This document shows positions 1 to 8,170 of a stretch of DNA of 64,000 bases, one piece after another; position 1 is the stretch's first letter, and every line of letters begins with the position of its first letter. The position numbers and the translations under genes were made by a program. The notes under the pieces were generated by a model. The model was not told the DNA's origin. It saw nothing but the letters and a program-made list of their open reading frames with translations, and did not search any database. Origin of the DNA: a virus; IMG/VR virus record IMGVR_UViG_3300036806_000484, positions 4,821 through 68,820 of that record; one strand, 5' to 3'.

Positions 1-117
1 GTTGCGCAGGCCCCAGTATGGCTATGGAGGTGACGTGACAACACAATGCACACTGTTGTCAGGCAGCCGCTTCATCACGTCGAATACATCGCCGAGATAG
101 AGTTTGGCTATCGTCAC
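1..117 (-). pseudogene. 5' end of a beta-class amino (N4-C/N6-A) DNA methyltransferase with an in-frame TAG; runs off the window edge
   Basis: Manual translation from GTG at 117: VTIAKLYLGDVFDVMKRLPDNSVHCVVTSPP*PYWGLRN. This is the typical 'GD...LPD.SV.CVVTSPPYWGLR' N-terminus; the TAG is at 22-24. Confidence 0.8.
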
Positions 118-245
118 CTCTCGTCCCTCCTTCCCACGGCATTGAGGGCTTTCGCCTTGAGAAACAAGGACTCCATCTCGGCCCCGGTTTCGTCGATGTC
201 AAAGACGTCGCCGAGGTAGAGCTTGGCAGCCGTCTTGGAGCTCAC
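114..245 (-). CDS. Small hypothetical protein (43 aa) repeating the MTase N-terminal peptide AKLYLGDVFD
   Basis: GTG start overlaps the upstream TGA and its own TGA overlaps the MTase GTG; it is the 3' part of ORF 114..656. Confidence 0.5.
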   Translation of the reverse strand: MSSKTAAKLYLGDVFDIDETGAEMESLFLKAKALNAVGRRDER

Positions 246-553
246 GATTCCCTCCGTAGGTGGGGCGGCAGCGCCGCCTGGATGGCGCGGTACGAGGCCT
301 CCATGAGGCCGCGGGCGTCGAAGTCGGGCCCGGTTTTCTCGCCGATCGCCGCGACGAAGCAGACGTAGAGGTTCTTCCCGCCCTCGCCCATGATGCCCTG
401 GAAGCCGTGCATCCCGCGGACCTTGTCGTCCGCAGCGGTCCCCTGCATCCACTCGGCGAAAAGCTCCTTGATCTCGCCTGCGATCTCGGCGACCTCGGGC
501 GCGCAGCCGCGCAGCTTCAGGTCGTTCTCCCAGGACTGGCCCTCGGTGGTCAT
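242..553 (-). CDS. Hypothetical protein
   Basis: 103-aa ORF with 4-nt start/stop overlaps to both neighbours and protein-like composition. Confidence 0.65.
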   Translation of the reverse strand: MTTEGQSWENDLKLRGCAPEVAEIAGEIKELFAEWMQGTAADDKVRGMHGFQGIMGEGGKNLYVCFVAAIGEKTGPDFDARGLMEASYRAIQAALPPHLRRES

Positions 554-852
554 CCGGTCCTATCCTTGACGATGTGGTCGATCGCGATTTCCGCGGCCGC
601 AGCGAAGCCGATGTCGGTGAACGATGGCACCTCGCCGGCCGAAGCTGGCGCCACACCGCCGATGGCCGCGAGGTACAGCCTGCCGTCGAGGGTGATTGCC
701 ACCCAGCGCGCCATCGGCCTGATGCCGGCGTCAGCGTTCAGGACGGCAAACATCTTCTGCGCCTCGGCCATGAACATCCGGTACGCGCGGGCGAGATCCG
801 GGTCTTTCGGTAGTTCGCGGTCGTCGGTCCACTCGAAGATGGGGGCGCTCAC
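550..852 (-). CDS. Hypothetical protein
   Basis: 100-aa ORF, translationally coupled to neighbours. Confidence 0.65.
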   Translation of the reverse strand: MSAPIFEWTDDRELPKDPDLARAYRMFMAEAQKMFAVLNADAGIRPMARWVAITLDGRLYLAAIGGVAPASAGEVPSFTDIGFAAAAEIAIDHIVKDRTG

Positions 853-2639
853 CGCCCCTCCAGGAATAGGCTGGAGGTCGCGGCCACCTCGCCCGGTGAC
901 GGGTACTCGACGAGACCGAGCGAGCTGAGATGGCTCAGCGGGTTGCGGAAGGCGCTGCCTTCAGCGGAGTAGCGGGCGCCCTCGGCGACCTGGTCGCGGG
1001 TCAGCGCGTTGGGGTAGGCGTCGATCAGCACCGCGAGAATCTTCCACTCCGGGCCCGTCAGCACTTTCTCGACCCGGCTGAACACCTCCTGCTGCGTGGC
1101 CGGGCCGGGTGACTGCGCGAGATCGCGCCCCGCCCCGGTGAGCCTAACGGCGTCCGGGCGCGGGTACCTTACCAGTCCGGCGCTGCTCAGCGCGCTGAGT
1201 GGATTCCGGAAAGCCGAGCCTGTCGGGCTGTACCCGGCGCCTACCGCGACCTGTGTGCGGTTGGGTGACTCGACGTTCAGCGCCTCCCACCACGCGAGGC
1301 TGTTGAGGATCTTCCGAGCAGGTCCGCCGAGTCCTGCCACGTCGGGCATGGGAACATCGGGTCGAGGCCGCACGCGATTCCCTTGCTTCTGCTGCTCGAA
1401 CACCTTCACGAGGGCGTCGGCTTCTCCAGCGAGTCGGCGATCTTTTTTCTGGAGCGGCGACAGGACCGGGGCCTTTGTGCTGTGGATAGCCGATGCGATC
1501 TCCGCCGCGTGCCGCTGGAGCGGGATGATCAGCTTGTTGGTGATCTCATCCACAAGGCCAACCATCCGTTCCGCTGCACCGTCGGCGCGCTCTACCAGCT
1601 TCTGGGCAAGCGCGAACTGCCCGTCCTTCAGGACCGGCTTCTCGACCACCTTCGCCTCTGCCTTCGGGGCGTCCAGCATCGTCTGGGCGTGAAGCCGCTC
1701 GAGCGCCCGCATCTCGCCGCGCAGCTTCCCGATTTCGGCGCGCAGCAGCTTCGGATCCTCGTTCTTCGCCTGTTCAGCGGCGGCGGCGAACCTCTGCGTC
1801 ACGTCCGCCAGGTCGACCTCCGCCCATCCCTTGAGGTGCTTCGTCTCTTCGACGCTCTGCTCGCGGAACGAGTCGTAGGTCGAGAACATCGGGAACTTCA
1901 CGCGCTCCGGGCCGAACTTCACCTCCGGGGACCACGCCCAGCCCTCGCCGCGCGCCATCTGCGCCACGGTCGCGAGGACCTCCTTGCCCTCGGAGTCGCC
2001 GGCGCCCTTGATCCAGTCCGCCACCGCGTCGCGGTCGGCCTTGTGGATCACCCGCATGGCGATCAGCGTCTCGGCCGACGTCAGGGAGTCGTTGTGCACC
2101 TTCTGGGGGCGCTGCGAGGCGAAGAGCAGCCGCAGTCCCTTGCCCAGACCCTCGCTGGCGATCCGGTTCGACCAGTGCAGCATCTTCCCGGCGTCCACGT
2201 CCAGCACCTTCCCCTTCGGCGCGAAGTTGTGGAACTCGTCGACGGCGAGCCACCGCTGGCCCCTCGTGTGCCGGAACAGTGCCGAGGCGAAGTCGATCCA
2301 GAACCTCGTCCGGTCGCCGGGCATCCAGCCGCCCAGGTCGATCAGGCAGGGCCGGTTGTCGGTCGCGAACAGGTCGGCCACGCCGGCGCCGCTGGTCGCG
2401 TTGATCGGCACGTCGGCGTGCTCGCCGCCGAAGATGACCACCGGGAAGCCGGCGCTCTTGCCGTCGGCGCCGAGCTTGATGCCCCACCAGTCGCCCTTGG
2501 GGTCGACGATGCAGACCGGCATGTGACGCCGCAGCAGGTCCTCGACCAACAGCCGCATGACCGACGACTTCCCCGAGCGGGTCTTGCCCAGGATGGCGAC
2601 GTGCTGGCCGAGGACCTCGGCAGGAATCGGCAGCTTCAT
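849..2639 (-). CDS. HerA/DUF87-like P-loop ATPase with coiled coil and two tandem C-terminal winged-helix-like repeats
   Basis: Walker A GKTRSGKS, IVDPKGDW, Walker B LAVDEFHNF, ASQRPQ; repeated KIL...R.QVA.GA.YS..GSAFRNPLS.LSS.GLV.YP. Confidence 0.8.
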   Translation of the reverse strand: MKLPIPAEVLGQHVAILGKTRSGKSSVMRLLVEDLLRRHMPVCIVDPKGDWWGIKLGADGKSAGFPVVIFGGEHADVPINATSGAGVADLFATDNRPCLIDLGGWMPGDRTRFWIDFASALFRHTRGQRWLAVDEFHNFAPKGKVLDVDAGKMLHWSNRIASEGLGKGLRLLFASQRPQKVHNDSLTSAETLIAMRVIHKADRDAVADWIKGAGDSEGKEVLATVAQMARGEGWAWSPEVKFGPERVKFPMFSTYDSFREQSVEETKHLKGWAEVDLADVTQRFAAAAEQAKNEDPKLLRAEIGKLRGEMRALERLHAQTMLDAPKAEAKVVEKPVLKDGQFALAQKLVERADGAAERMVGLVDEITNKLIIPLQRHAAEIASAIHSTKAPVLSPLQKKDRRLAGEADALVKVFEQQKQGNRVRPRPDVPMPDVAGLGGPARKILNSLAWWEALNVESPNRTQVAVGAGYSPTGSAFRNPLSALSSAGLVRYPRPDAVRLTGAGRDLAQSPGPATQQEVFSRVEKVLTGPEWKILAVLIDAYPNALTRDQVAEGARYSAEGSAFRNPLSHLSSLGLVEYPSPGEVAATSSLFLEGR

Positions 2640-3124
2640 GTCGCCGCAGTCTCCGCCACCACGTCCGACTGCTTGGCTGGCTCGAGGCCATCCGGCAGCA
2701 GCTTCTGTTCGTCCAGCAGCGGCAGGATCCGACCCTCGACGTCTGCGGCGATGTCCTCCGCCTCCGTCGCCCAGTCAGAGCGAGAGCAGCCCAAGCAGGT
2801 GCCGCGCAGCGCCTTCAGGTTCTTCACGTACATGGCGATCGCCGTGCGCCCGAGCTCGCGCTGCTTCGCGGTGAGGCCGGCGACGCCCTGCTCGTCAAGC
2901 ACGCGCGGCATCAACGTGTCGAGCTGCCCGACGTCCGCGCGAATCGCCTGCGCTGCCCTGGTCGAGTGCATCTCCTCCTGCTCCTCGGCCTTCTTGCCCT
3001 GCTTCGACGCTAGCACCCGGAACGCCGCCTTCAGGTGGCCGATGTCGTCCTTCGGTATCTCCGGCGCCTCGACCTCAACATCCTCTTCGTCGAACGCCTC
3101 TCCCTGCGTCTCGTCGTCCTTCAC
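2636..3124 (-). CDS. Hypothetical protein
   Basis: 162-aa ORF with AGGAG SD upstream of GTG; coupled to the ATPase gene. Confidence 0.7.
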   Translation of the reverse strand: MKDDETQGEAFDEEDVEVEAPEIPKDDIGHLKAAFRVLASKQGKKAEEQEEMHSTRAAQAIRADVGQLDTLMPRVLDEQGVAGLTAKQRELGRTAIAMYVKNLKALRGTCLGCSRSDWATEAEDIAADVEGRILPLLDEQKLLPDGLEPAKQSDVVAETAAT

Positions 3125-3149
3125 AGCGCACTCCTGGTGAATGGTTGAA

Positions 3150-3228
3150 TTGCGGTGGCGGGGATCGAACCCGCCTCCTGCCCGGGAGCTACCAGCCGGG
3201 CATCCGACGACCCTGTCGGCTCACCGCG
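3150..3228 (-). ncRNA. Non-canonical tRNA-like RNA
   Basis: Folds by eye as CGCGGTG AG CCGAC-AGGGTC-GTCGG A TGCCCGG-CTGGTAGCTC-CCGGGCA GGAG GCGGG-TTCGATC-CCCGC CACCGCA A: canonical T arm, abnormal D and anticodon arms. Confidence 0.65.
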
Positions 3229-3239
3229 AACCTCATCTT

Positions 3240-3334
3240 TGCCGCCGCGGCGGGTCTTCCCCGGCGCTCCCCGCTGCTTGGCTGGCGTACTACCACGTGG
3301 ACCAGCCCTGCCACTTACAGCCGGTTCGGCGGCA
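3240..3334 (-). ncRNA. Candidate multi-branched (cloverleaf-like) structured RNA
   Basis: Closing stem TGCCGCCG/CGGCGGCA with internal stems GGCTGG/CCAGCC and GCGGG/CCCGC; fills the intergenic gap. Confidence 0.45.
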
Positions 3335-3338
3335 TCAA

Positions 3339-4556
3339 CTACTCGTCCAGGTCGCTCTTCACCTTCTCCAGGTCGAGAATCACTTCGGCTGCCTGCTCCG
3401 CCGTGGCGATCGCTTGGTAGGTGTCCAGCTTCAGGACGCGCTTCACGATGGCGTTGAGGTCGGACAGCGTGTCGAGCCCGAGCCGCTTCGCCTCGGCCTT
3501 CAGGTGCTTGTGCAGGTCCGACTGCTTCATCCCCTCGAGGCTTTCGAGGACGAGCGTCAGGCGGTCCTTCGGCTCTTCTGCGGCCGGCGGCGGAGTCGGG
3601 GTGGAAGCGACGTCTGGGGCCTTTTCACCGTTGCCGGGTTGGGCGGCAGGGGTACCATCTTTGTCCGTCGCTTCCGACCCCGACGGCGCGCCGGAAGCGG
3701 GCTTCCTCTTCTTCGCCTCAAGCTGCTCGCGCAGCTTGTCCTGCCGCTCCTTGGTGCGTGCTGCCGTGCGCTCGTTGTCATCCTCGCCGTCGAGGTTGCG
3801 GATCAATCCCTCGACTGTCGTATCGCCGTCCCGGATGGCGGTGATCACGCCGCGCAGCGTGATCAACTCGTCGGTGCCGATGTCGTCCAGCCCCTGCACG
3901 CCGAGCAGCTTGAACACCTGAGCCTCCACTACGCCGGCCTTGGCGAACCACGCCATCGCGTTCTGGCGCGTCTGGGCCAGCGTGCCGGCCTGCCCCACCG
4001 ATGCCGCACGCGCCGCCTGATAGATGCGCTGCGTCAGCGCCGCGGGGATGACCTTGAAGACCGAATTGCGGAGCGCGATCGACGTCGCCGCATTGCCGGT
4101 CACCACGATCATGTCGTCGTTGAGCCGCTTCCCGTTCCTGTCGGTGATCCGCCGGCGCACCCGCACCCGGACGGCCACGTTCTTCTCGAGGTCGAAGCAG
4201 GTGCCCTGGGCGGTAACGTGGGTTGCGTCGTCGCCCACCACGCCGGCGTCGACCCGCAGGTTGCCCCACGAGTAGGCCATGATCTCGGCCAGCCGCGCCG
4301 AGGGACCCTCGATCGTCTTGCCCGCGCGCGGCAGGGCGTAGAAGCAGCTTGCCGCCGTCTCCGCATCGAGGGTGGCGAGATCCATCGCCTCCTTCAACGA
4401 CTTGGTGATGCTGCGCGGGTACTTCTTCGCCGTCGAGACCTGCACGTCGACAGACGCGCGGTCGACGTCGTCCATCCGAACGAGCCCCGATCCGATCACG
4501 ACCTCTTCCTGAATCTCGTCTTCTGCGCCTTGGGCGCCCTTCCCTGGTCCCGTCAT
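3339..4556 (-). CDS. Putative ssDNA-annealing/recombination protein
   Basis: N-terminal AKKYPRS...FYALPRAGKTIEGPSARLAE...WGN block typical of phage genes paired with YqaJ exonucleases; low-complexity linker. Function inferred from position. Confidence 0.55.
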   Translation of the reverse strand: MTGPGKGAQGAEDEIQEEVVIGSGLVRMDDVDRASVDVQVSTAKKYPRSITKSLKEAMDLATLDAETAASCFYALPRAGKTIEGPSARLAEIMAYSWGNLRVDAGVVGDDATHVTAQGTCFDLEKNVAVRVRVRRRITDRNGKRLNDDMIVVTGNAATSIALRNSVFKVIPAALTQRIYQAARAASVGQAGTLAQTRQNAMAWFAKAGVVEAQVFKLLGVQGLDDIGTDELITLRGVITAIRDGDTTVEGLIRNLDGEDDNERTAARTKERQDKLREQLEAKKRKPASGAPSGSEATDKDGTPAAQPGNGEKAPDVASTPTPPPAAEEPKDRLTLVLESLEGMKQSDLHKHLKAEAKRLGLDTLSDLNAIVKRVLKLDTYQAIATAEQAAEVILDLEKVKSDLDE

Positions 4557-5620
4557 TCTTTCTCCTTGTCGTTGTCATCGCCGCGCAGGTATAGCCGCAG
4601 CTCGTCGTAGGGTGCGCCCCGCTTCTCGAACTGCGCGAGGTCGATGGTCACGTCTTCCTTCTCCAGAATCGCCTGGAGTATCTTCGGGCCAGCGAGCGTC
4701 GGGTCCATCGTCTTGGCCATGAGCCCGAACAGCTTCTGCCGATCGATGGGCCGGGCGGCGAGCAGCGCCTTCTTGTCGAAGGACGTTTTCTGTCGGGCGC
4801 TGAAGTGCAAGGTATCGTTGCCGATGCGCAGCGCGCCGCGGCTCGGGCCCAGGAGCTCGATCATCTGCCCGCGCGCCTGCTTCTGGAGGTCCTCGCCGGT
4901 CTTCGCCAGGTCGCGCGCCTCGGCATAGGCATCGATCGCGGCGCGAAGCTCCGGCGTCTCGGCAAGCTCGATCACCTCGGTCTGGGCCTTCACCAGCGCC
5001 GACGGCACCCGCCAGCCGGTGTCAGATGGCGGCTTCTCCGTCAGGATGTGATCGTTGTAGAAGGTCTGCGCGGCCTGGAACAGGCTCCGCTGGAGAATGT
5101 TGTCGGCCTCGTGGTCGAAGCGGATCAGCACCCAGTATTCGGCGCTGAACACCCCGAAGGCGCCGGTCGGGCTCTCCATCAGTCCCGGCTGCATGTACCA
5201 CTGAAGCTGGGTGCCGAACCTCTCCGGGAGCCCGTCGCGCTGCGCGGCGATGAAGACAGGGACCATCATCGTCTTCAACTCGAGGGGAGAAAGCTGGCCG
5301 GCCGCGCGCCTGATCTCGTCGAGGTAGAAGCCGCGATCGACGTTGCCCACCACGAACGGGTACTTCGGATGCCGCAGCATCTCCTTCACGCGGACCAGTT
5401 TCCGTCCGGTGTCCTTCTGATACTTCTTCGCCACGATCGGCTCGAGCATCCGGCCGCGCTCGAGCACCGGCAGGTCCTCGGGCAATTCCTTCGCCTGCCC
5501 CATCTTCTCGAGGAACAGGTCCAGCGGGCCCTTCTTGGGATCCGCCCCGACCAGGGCGGCGACGTCTGACCCTCCGATGCCCGAGCGGCGATCGGCGAGG
5601 AACTTCTTCCTGCTCGTCAT
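4553..5620 (-). CDS. YqaJ/lambda-exonuclease family protein
   Basis: Motifs RRSGIGGSDVAALVG, RGRMLEP, HPKYPFVVGNVDR, LELKT, QLQWYM. Confidence 0.9.
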   Translation of the reverse strand: MTSRKKFLADRRSGIGGSDVAALVGADPKKGPLDLFLEKMGQAKELPEDLPVLERGRMLEPIVAKKYQKDTGRKLVRVKEMLRHPKYPFVVGNVDRGFYLDEIRRAAGQLSPLELKTMMVPVFIAAQRDGLPERFGTQLQWYMQPGLMESPTGAFGVFSAEYWVLIRFDHEADNILQRSLFQAAQTFYNDHILTEKPPSDTGWRVPSALVKAQTEVIELAETPELRAAIDAYAEARDLAKTGEDLQKQARGQMIELLGPSRGALRIGNDTLHFSARQKTSFDKKALLAARPIDRQKLFGLMAKTMDPTLAGPKILQAILEKEDVTIDLAQFEKRGAPYDELRLYLRGDDNDKEKE

Positions 5621-5734
5621 GTGAATTGACTCCTACGTGGGGCTTGGTATCTTGCTCGTCAGGCGAGTCGGGTGCTCCTGTTCCCGATCCCTGCCTGTAG
5701 CACCGGCCTGCGCTGCCCACCAGCGCGGGCCGAC

Positions 5735-5902
5735 TTACTTCCTGCCGTTACGCTCCCACTTCATGAGCACCTTGCGCATGTAGTCGGTGATCAGCCGTTC
5801 GATGGTGGTGTTGTTGTCGGACGCGAGCCTGCGCAACCGCCACATTTCGTCGCGGGTCATGAGGTGCCGGATCAGGCCCTTCTTTTCCGGTTGGTTCGCC
5901 AT
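5735..5902 (-). CDS. Small ribbon-helix-helix (CopG/Arc-like) DNA-binding protein, probably leaderless
   Basis: Manual translation MANQPEKKGLIRHLMTRDEMWRLRRLASDNNTTIERLITDYMRKVLMKWERNGRK; not in the ORF track (55 aa). Confidence 0.65.
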   Translation of the reverse strand: MANQPEKKGLIRHLMTRDEMWRLRRLASDNNTTIERLITDYMRKVLMKWERNGRK

Positions 5903-5909
5903 GGGAGGG

Positions 5910-5938
5910 ACGGTACTACGTTACGTCGAAACGCGCAA
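5910..5938 (-). promoter_or_regulatory. Sigma70-like promoter TTGCGC-N17-TACCGT
   Basis: -10 ends 7 nt before the ATG at 5902 with no SD (leaderless geometry); spacer contains ACGT-A-ACGT. Confidence 0.55.
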
Positions 5939-5942
5939 GTCC

Positions 5943-6599
5943 TTACGGTATGTGCGACCGCCCGAGCAGGTAGACGCCGATACCGAGCAGCAGCTTGAAG
6001 GCAAGGCTCTGGGTCTGGTGCAGGTTGGTGGCGATCTGGACCCGGGCGCTGTCCACCTGGACGGTTGCCGAGGCGTCCGGCGTGGCGGCGCGCAGGGCCA
6101 TGCGACCGTCCGCGCTCCGATTCAGCGCCGCGATGATTTCCGTAGGGTCGCGCCGAATAGTCCACGCGACAGTGGCAGGCTTCGGCGGCCGCGGTACGTC
6201 GGCCTTGATGCTGGCGTGGAAACCGGCGGTATCGATCGATGCCGCGAGCTGCCGCACGGTGCTATCGGTGGTGGACGTCGTAACCGTACCGGCGCGCACG
6301 ACCTCGTGTAGCGAATCGAGCTGAACCTTGAGCGCCGTCAAGCTGACGGTCTTCTGGCCATCGTCCTTCAGCGCCTTGCCGAGCTCGCCGCGCAGCTGGA
6401 TGGCCTGCGTCTGCTGGAATGCCAAGCGCTCGTGGACATTGAGGGACTTCGAGCGGTAGACCAGCCGCGACGTGTCGACCGCCGCCATGTCGTTGAAGTG
6501 ATCGAGCTTCTCCTGTGCGAGACGATCGCGGAGCAGAGAGATGATCAGGAGCATCGCGGCGAACGCCGCAGCAATGGCGAGGACGATGGGGCGTTTCAC
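5943..6599 (-). CDS. Lysis-cassette membrane protein (spanin-like)
   Basis: N-terminal TM (IVLAIAAAFAAMLLIISLL), coiled-coil segment, hydrophobic C-terminus; last gene of the lysis cluster. Confidence 0.55.
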   Translation of the reverse strand: MKRPIVLAIAAAFAAMLLIISLLRDRLAQEKLDHFNDMAAVDTSRLVYRSKSLNVHERLAFQQTQAIQLRGELGKALKDDGQKTVSLTALKVQLDSLHEVVRAGTVTTSTTDSTVRQLAASIDTAGFHASIKADVPRPPKPATVAWTIRRDPTEIIAALNRSADGRMALRAATPDASATVQVDSARVQIATNLHQTQSLAFKLLLGIGVYLLGRSHIP

Positions 6600-6682
6600 G
6601 GGTGCCTCGGGGGCCTGGGACCGAAGGAAAGAAGGGCGGCGATACCAACCATGATCCAGCCGAATACCCAGACGGCGTCCAT
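6596..6682 (-). CDS. Very small single-TM peptide (28 aa)
   Basis: MDAVWVFGWIMVGIAALLSFGPRPPRHP; coupled by start/stop overlaps on both sides. Confidence 0.45.
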   Translation of the reverse strand: MDAVWVFGWIMVGIAALLSFGPRPPRHP

Positions 6683-6927
6683 CAGCGTGGGGGAAGGACG
6701 TCCTTGAAAGCTCGCTGCATCCAGCCGTTCAGAAAGCGGGCCTGGCTGGGGTCGTGGGCCACGATGTTGGCGTAGTGCCGGGCCCGGTCCTCGGAGAACA
6801 GGACGCGCACCTTGAGACGGTGGAACTCGGTGGTGTCGCAGGCGACTGCCGATGTAGTCTGCGGATTCCTGGGGGCCGGGACAGCCGCAATGACGAGGGC
6901 AGCCGCCCATGGAACCCAGCTACGCAT
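6682..6927 (-). CDS. Signal-peptide protein carrying the C-terminal motif of GH108 endolysins
   Basis: MRSWVPWAAALVIAAVPA followed by DRARHYANIVAHDPSQARFLNGWMQRAF. Confidence 0.6.
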   Translation of the reverse strand: MRSWVPWAAALVIAAVPAPRNPQTTSAVACDTTEFHRLKVRVLFSEDRARHYANIVAHDPSQARFLNGWMQRAFKDVLPPR

Positions 6928-7333
6928 CGCGCGCTCGCTCGAGCCGGGCCTTGGCGACGGACTCGCCCTCGTTGATCGAGGAGTCGTAGACCTCGTCTGC
7001 CAGCTCCTGGTCGGGTTCACTGTCGAGGCCCAGCGGCGTCCAGTACCGCTCCTTCCGGAAGTCTTTCACCAGCTGCTTGAACTCCGGATGCTGTGAGGCA
7101 AGCTCGGCGTCAACCTGCTTCCAGACCGCCGCGCCGGCGTCCTTCGTCGTGGTGAGGCCCAACCTGCGGCATACCTCGGATACGGCGTGATCAACGAGTG
7201 GCCAGCCGATGAAGTGAGGGTTGGCCTGGCGTGCGATCGCGCAGATTGTTTCCCCGCCGCGGTCCTTCGAGTCGTTGGCGTAGCCGCCCTCGGCCCCGGA
7301 CGTCTTTGCGTCGGAGATGTTGAAGTCAGCCAT
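6920..7333 (-). CDS. Endolysin, GH108 lysozyme catalytic domain
   Basis: EGGYANDSKDRGGET motif, RYW, VYDSSINEG. Confidence 0.85.
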   Translation of the reverse strand: MADFNISDAKTSGAEGGYANDSKDRGGETICAIARQANPHFIGWPLVDHAVSEVCRRLGLTTTKDAGAAVWKQVDAELASQHPEFKQLVKDFRKERYWTPLGLDSEPDQELADEVYDSSINEGESVAKARLERARDA

Positions 7334-7760
7334 CGCCGCGCCGCGCGAACGGGACCAGCTTCCCGGCCAGGTTGCCGATCGTCGAGAACGCTGCTTGGGT
7401 GACGGTCTGCGAGAGCGACATACAGCCGGCGACGAAGAGCCCGCCAGCTGCGATCAGGGCGATGACCTTGGCGGACAAGGGGCTCGCGACGGCCATGCTG
7501 TCGAGCCACCACTGGGCCTTCACGACCTTGGTGAGGCCGAAGAAGAAGGCGCCCGCCACCGCGACGTGGGCCACGGTGATGACGATGTTGAGCCCAGGGG
7601 ACCGCATCTGTACCGCCGTCTGGACGTTCTCATCGGCCTTCTTCACCGCGTCGGCGATCTTAGTGAGGGTCGTCGACCGACTGGGCCGTGGCTGCGGCAC
7701 CGGCGGCGGCGTAGCTGGCCGCTCGAGTCCGGTCAGGTCCTTGGCGTCGCTGTCCGTCAT
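7326..7760 (-). CDS. Putative holin
   Basis: Two hydrophobic segments; directly upstream of the endolysin. Confidence 0.5.
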   Translation of the reverse strand: MTDSDAKDLTGLERPATPPPVPQPRPSRSTTLTKIADAVKKADENVQTAVQMRSPGLNIVITVAHVAVAGAFFFGLTKVVKAQWWLDSMAVASPLSAKVIALIAAGGLFVAGCMSLSQTVTQAAFSTIGNLAGKLVPFARRGDG

Positions 7761-8170
7761 GCTGGGCTCCCCTCGCCGCGGTCGCCGCGGCCCGTGGTGG
7801 CGTAGTAGAGCCGGGCGATCCGCTCGCGCGCGATGCGCTCTTCCGTCGCCGTCGACTGCTGCACTGCCATGAACTCCGACACCTTCACCGTGAACTCGCT
7901 GATGACCGCGACGAGCCCGTCCAATCGCTCGAGCGCGGCGCCTCCCGGCTGCTCACTTGGCGGGTTGGCGGCTCCCTTGACCAGTTTGAAAGCCAGACCG
8001 ATCCCGCCACTGGCGGCTCCGATGCCGACGCCGATGCCTTCGATGAGCTGGGGTAGCGAACCCGACTGCCCGCTCTGGGACTGCTGGAGCGCGTGGAGCA
8101 CCGCCGGCGCGAAGATCACCACCAGCACCCCGGCTGTCGCGGACATGAGCACGTCGCGCAGTCTCATCAT
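7757..8170 (-). CDS. Membrane protein (holin/antiholin-like)
   Basis: Hydrophobic N-terminus and a Gly-rich TM segment; start taken at the ATGATG downstream of GGAAGG. Confidence 0.5.
   Translation of the reverse strand: MMRLRDVLMSATAGVLVVIFAPAVLHALQQSQSGQSGSLPQLIEGIGVGIGAASGGIGLAFKLVKGAANPPSEQPGGAALERLDGLVAVISEFTVKVSEFMAVQQSTATEERIARERIARLYYATTGRGDRGEGSPA

Noticed and set aside
22-24. Genome-wide TAG reassignment
   Set aside because: Many genes end at TAG exactly where the next gene starts, no suppressor tRNA is seen, and readthrough would still leave a disrupted SPPY motif.
3150-3180. tmRNA 3' end or attP tRNA fragment
   Set aside because: The matching 5' acceptor strand lies only ~75 nt away, there is no tag ORF, and no integrase is nearby.
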